From positions 1 to 63,193 of the forward strand of contig CAZFSA010000002.1 in assembly GCA_964521535.1 (NCBI GenBank): a stretch of DNA of 63,193 bases, given 5' to 3'. The notes beneath the pieces are model-generated. The model was not told where the DNA came from. It made no database searches and saw only the letters and a program-made list of their open reading frames with translations. The stretch comes from an uncultured Gemmatimonas sp. GTDB lineage: Bacteria; Gemmatimonadota; Gemmatimonadetes; Gemmatimonadales; GWC2-71-9. Positions 62,901 to 63,193 of this stretch are shown in pieces; position 1 is the first letter of the stretch; every line of letters begins with the position of its first letter. The position numbers and the translations under genes are program-made.

Positions 62901-63021
62901 CGGGGCCGATGGCCCGGAACTGGAGGCGCTGGAGCGCCAGCGTGTCGACGGCCGGGCGCTGGGCGGCAAGCCCGGCGGCGGTGACCGCGCCGAGGACGAG
63001 CGCGGCCCACGCCGCGCGCAT
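59959..63021 (-). CDS. Large secreted BNR/Asp-box repeat protein (sortilin/VPS10-like), paralog of 49115..52333
   Basis: Trimmed to ATG 63021 (MRAAWAALVLGAVTAAGLAAQ signal peptide). It has many SxDGGxTW boxes. N-terminal alignment with the paralog is clear (FRAIGPANMMGR...GGVWKTTNGGTTW vs FRSIGPATMSGR...GGLWKTTNGGTTL). The listed ORF continues upstream into a different gene remnant. Confidence 0.8.
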   Translation of the reverse strand: MRAAWAALVLGAVTAAGLAAQRPAVDTLALQRLQFRAIGPANMMGRTTDIEGVPGDPNIVYVGAAAGGVWKTTNGGTTWTPIFDSQPTLSVGDLALEPGNPEVIYVGTGESNTRNSVSFGRGVYQSTDGGKSWRHLGLADTRHIARVMVSPADPKTVLVCAVGHIGGPNAERGVFLSRDGGATWRKTLFVDDRHGCADLDLDPRNPNLAYAVMWHFDRKQWTFRSGSEEGGIFKSVDGGLTWTRLAGGLPRLLGRVGVKVAPSSPNVVYAVTESQQGYVWRSDDYGATWRKTSDDAATLCRGFYYADLRVDPRNPDRVYTLACQFSYSIDGGRTFRRFSQNIHGDHHGLWIDPLDPRRMWQANDGGIAVSRDQGATWTFPNRFPLAQFYQLHADNREPFYWVGGGLQDNGNWLGPSRTRDPLGILVDDWNLVSYGDGYYQVSHPDDPDYIVTDAQGGWIYRTRMQTREQEDISPQPRRNDGGPVNQLKYRFNWNAPIVASPHDGKTLYFGAQVLFRSRDFGSTWEVISPDLSKNDTTRHGWAGGPALTEATTAEFYNTIYSVAESPVEKGVIWVGLDDGNLQVTRDDGRTWTRVDRNVPGVGPEAVVSHVEASRRAACTAYATFERHFMDDYRPYVYRTADCGATWTAIHGNLPEGAYLQVLREDPRNPEVLYAGTEIGLYVSVTGGGSWFRLGGNLPPVPVHEVLVHGRENDLIVATHARGIYILDDASVIQELAGALARPAHLFGMRTATRFATKANKGSLGDAVFLGPNPPYGAIIRYHLAARPAADTPVRVEIVDGSGTVIRTLANVPREAGINTTSWNLGHEGPRQRRPIDPDDPMVQFFGPPSGPRALPGRYTVRLVVGDQVLERPLDVRIDPTSRTTPAALREQFVLASELRDLQSLANDTLRALDGRKSELDARRRAALAAPNNEGAAAARELGREIAQADSLIDLLVKPTNRPFWSEGPRVSDRIGALLRNVDSGNFPPTGPQTALARELAVELREALERVRRYLARLPTT

Positions 63022-63193
63022 GTCGGCGAACTCGGTGTTCCCGCCTCGGTCGGGAATCGCGCGCGCCGACAGCAGCGAGTACTTCGCGGGGATCGACTTG
63101 TACGAACTGTCGGTGTGCCAGAGGAGGTTGCCGAGCTGGAACAGTCGATGGCGGTCGTCGCGCGGCAAAGGCTTGTTGTCGCGATCGAGGTTC
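63022..63193 (-). pseudogene. TauD/TfdA-family Fe(II)/2-oxoglutarate dioxygenase fragment, in frame with the downstream BNR gene
   Basis: The translation runs ...NLDRDNKPLPRDDRHRLFQLGNLLWHTDSSYKSIPAKYSLLSARAIPDRGGNTEFADMRAAW. It has the HxD iron-ligand box and the GG.T.FAD.RAAY-like box of TfdA/TauD enzymes. The distal ~120 aa, including the second His ligand, are absent. The frame is open to the window edge. Confidence 0.55.

Noticed and set aside
1-63193. Scan for tRNA/rRNA genes, CRISPR repeats, transposase/integrase genes and long nucleotide-level repeats
   Set aside because: None of the following was recognised:
- A T-loop-plus-acceptor pattern.
- Regularly spaced direct repeats.
- A DDE or tyrosine-recombinase-like ORF.
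- A long duplicated DNA segment.
The scan was visual only; tRNAscan-SE, Infernal, a CRISPR finder and a self dot-plot would be needed to confirm absence.

Overview
High-GC bacterial chromosomal window. Hand counts of sampled 60-nt lines mostly give 65-80% G+C. Coding is dense on both strands. The gene content (many secreted BNR/Asp-box and other beta-propeller proteins, a SARP-TPR regulator, many peptidases, carotenoid genes) suggests a Gemmatimonadota-like soil bacterium; that is inference only. I support about 50 protein genes:
- Carotenoid genes crtB (partial) and crtZ.
- An ABC-2 exporter pair, an APC permease and a Rieske oxygenase.
- Three beta-lactamase-fold serine hydrolases plus a D-aminoacylase.
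- A PaaI thioesterase, a DinB protein and an ATP-dependent DNA ligase.
- nadA-nadB.
- M24, S9 and M61-like peptidases.
- A MarR plus HExxH gene pair.
- Two about 1,050-aa BNR/sortilin-like paralogs.
- A MATE pump divergent from a HlyD/ABC/FtsX/FtsX/AAC(6')-like operon.

I recognised no rRNA, tRNA, CRISPR array, transposase or integrase by eye.

Two loci stand out:
1. 1724-7030 is a single 1,768-aa ORF. It fuses an SNF2-type helicase lobe, zinc-ribbon insertions, a DEAH-type C-lobe, a DUF1998/MrfA-type zinc module and a Vsr/DUF559-like endonuclease. It has no partner genes and sits between housekeeping genes, so it is a candidate stand-alone defence (or repair) helicase-nuclease.
2. 28137-34992 is a SARP/BTAD-TPR regulator divergent from a four-gene secreted-protein operon. 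The operon is built around a repeated ~60-aa module bracketed by vicinal Cys-Cys (PCC) motifs, plus a BNR propeller and an Asp-rich Ca-binding-like protein. Its function is unknown.

Other observations:
- Two adjacent disrupted genes: a low-GC S8 protease and a 6-bladed propeller gene.
- Gene remnants: an idi/NUDIX-like fragment, and a TauD-like fragment fused in frame to a BNR gene.
- A DNA ligase whose conserved N-terminus precedes any canonical start codon.
- Candidate operators and promoters.

All family assignments come from motif recognition by eye; no searches were run.
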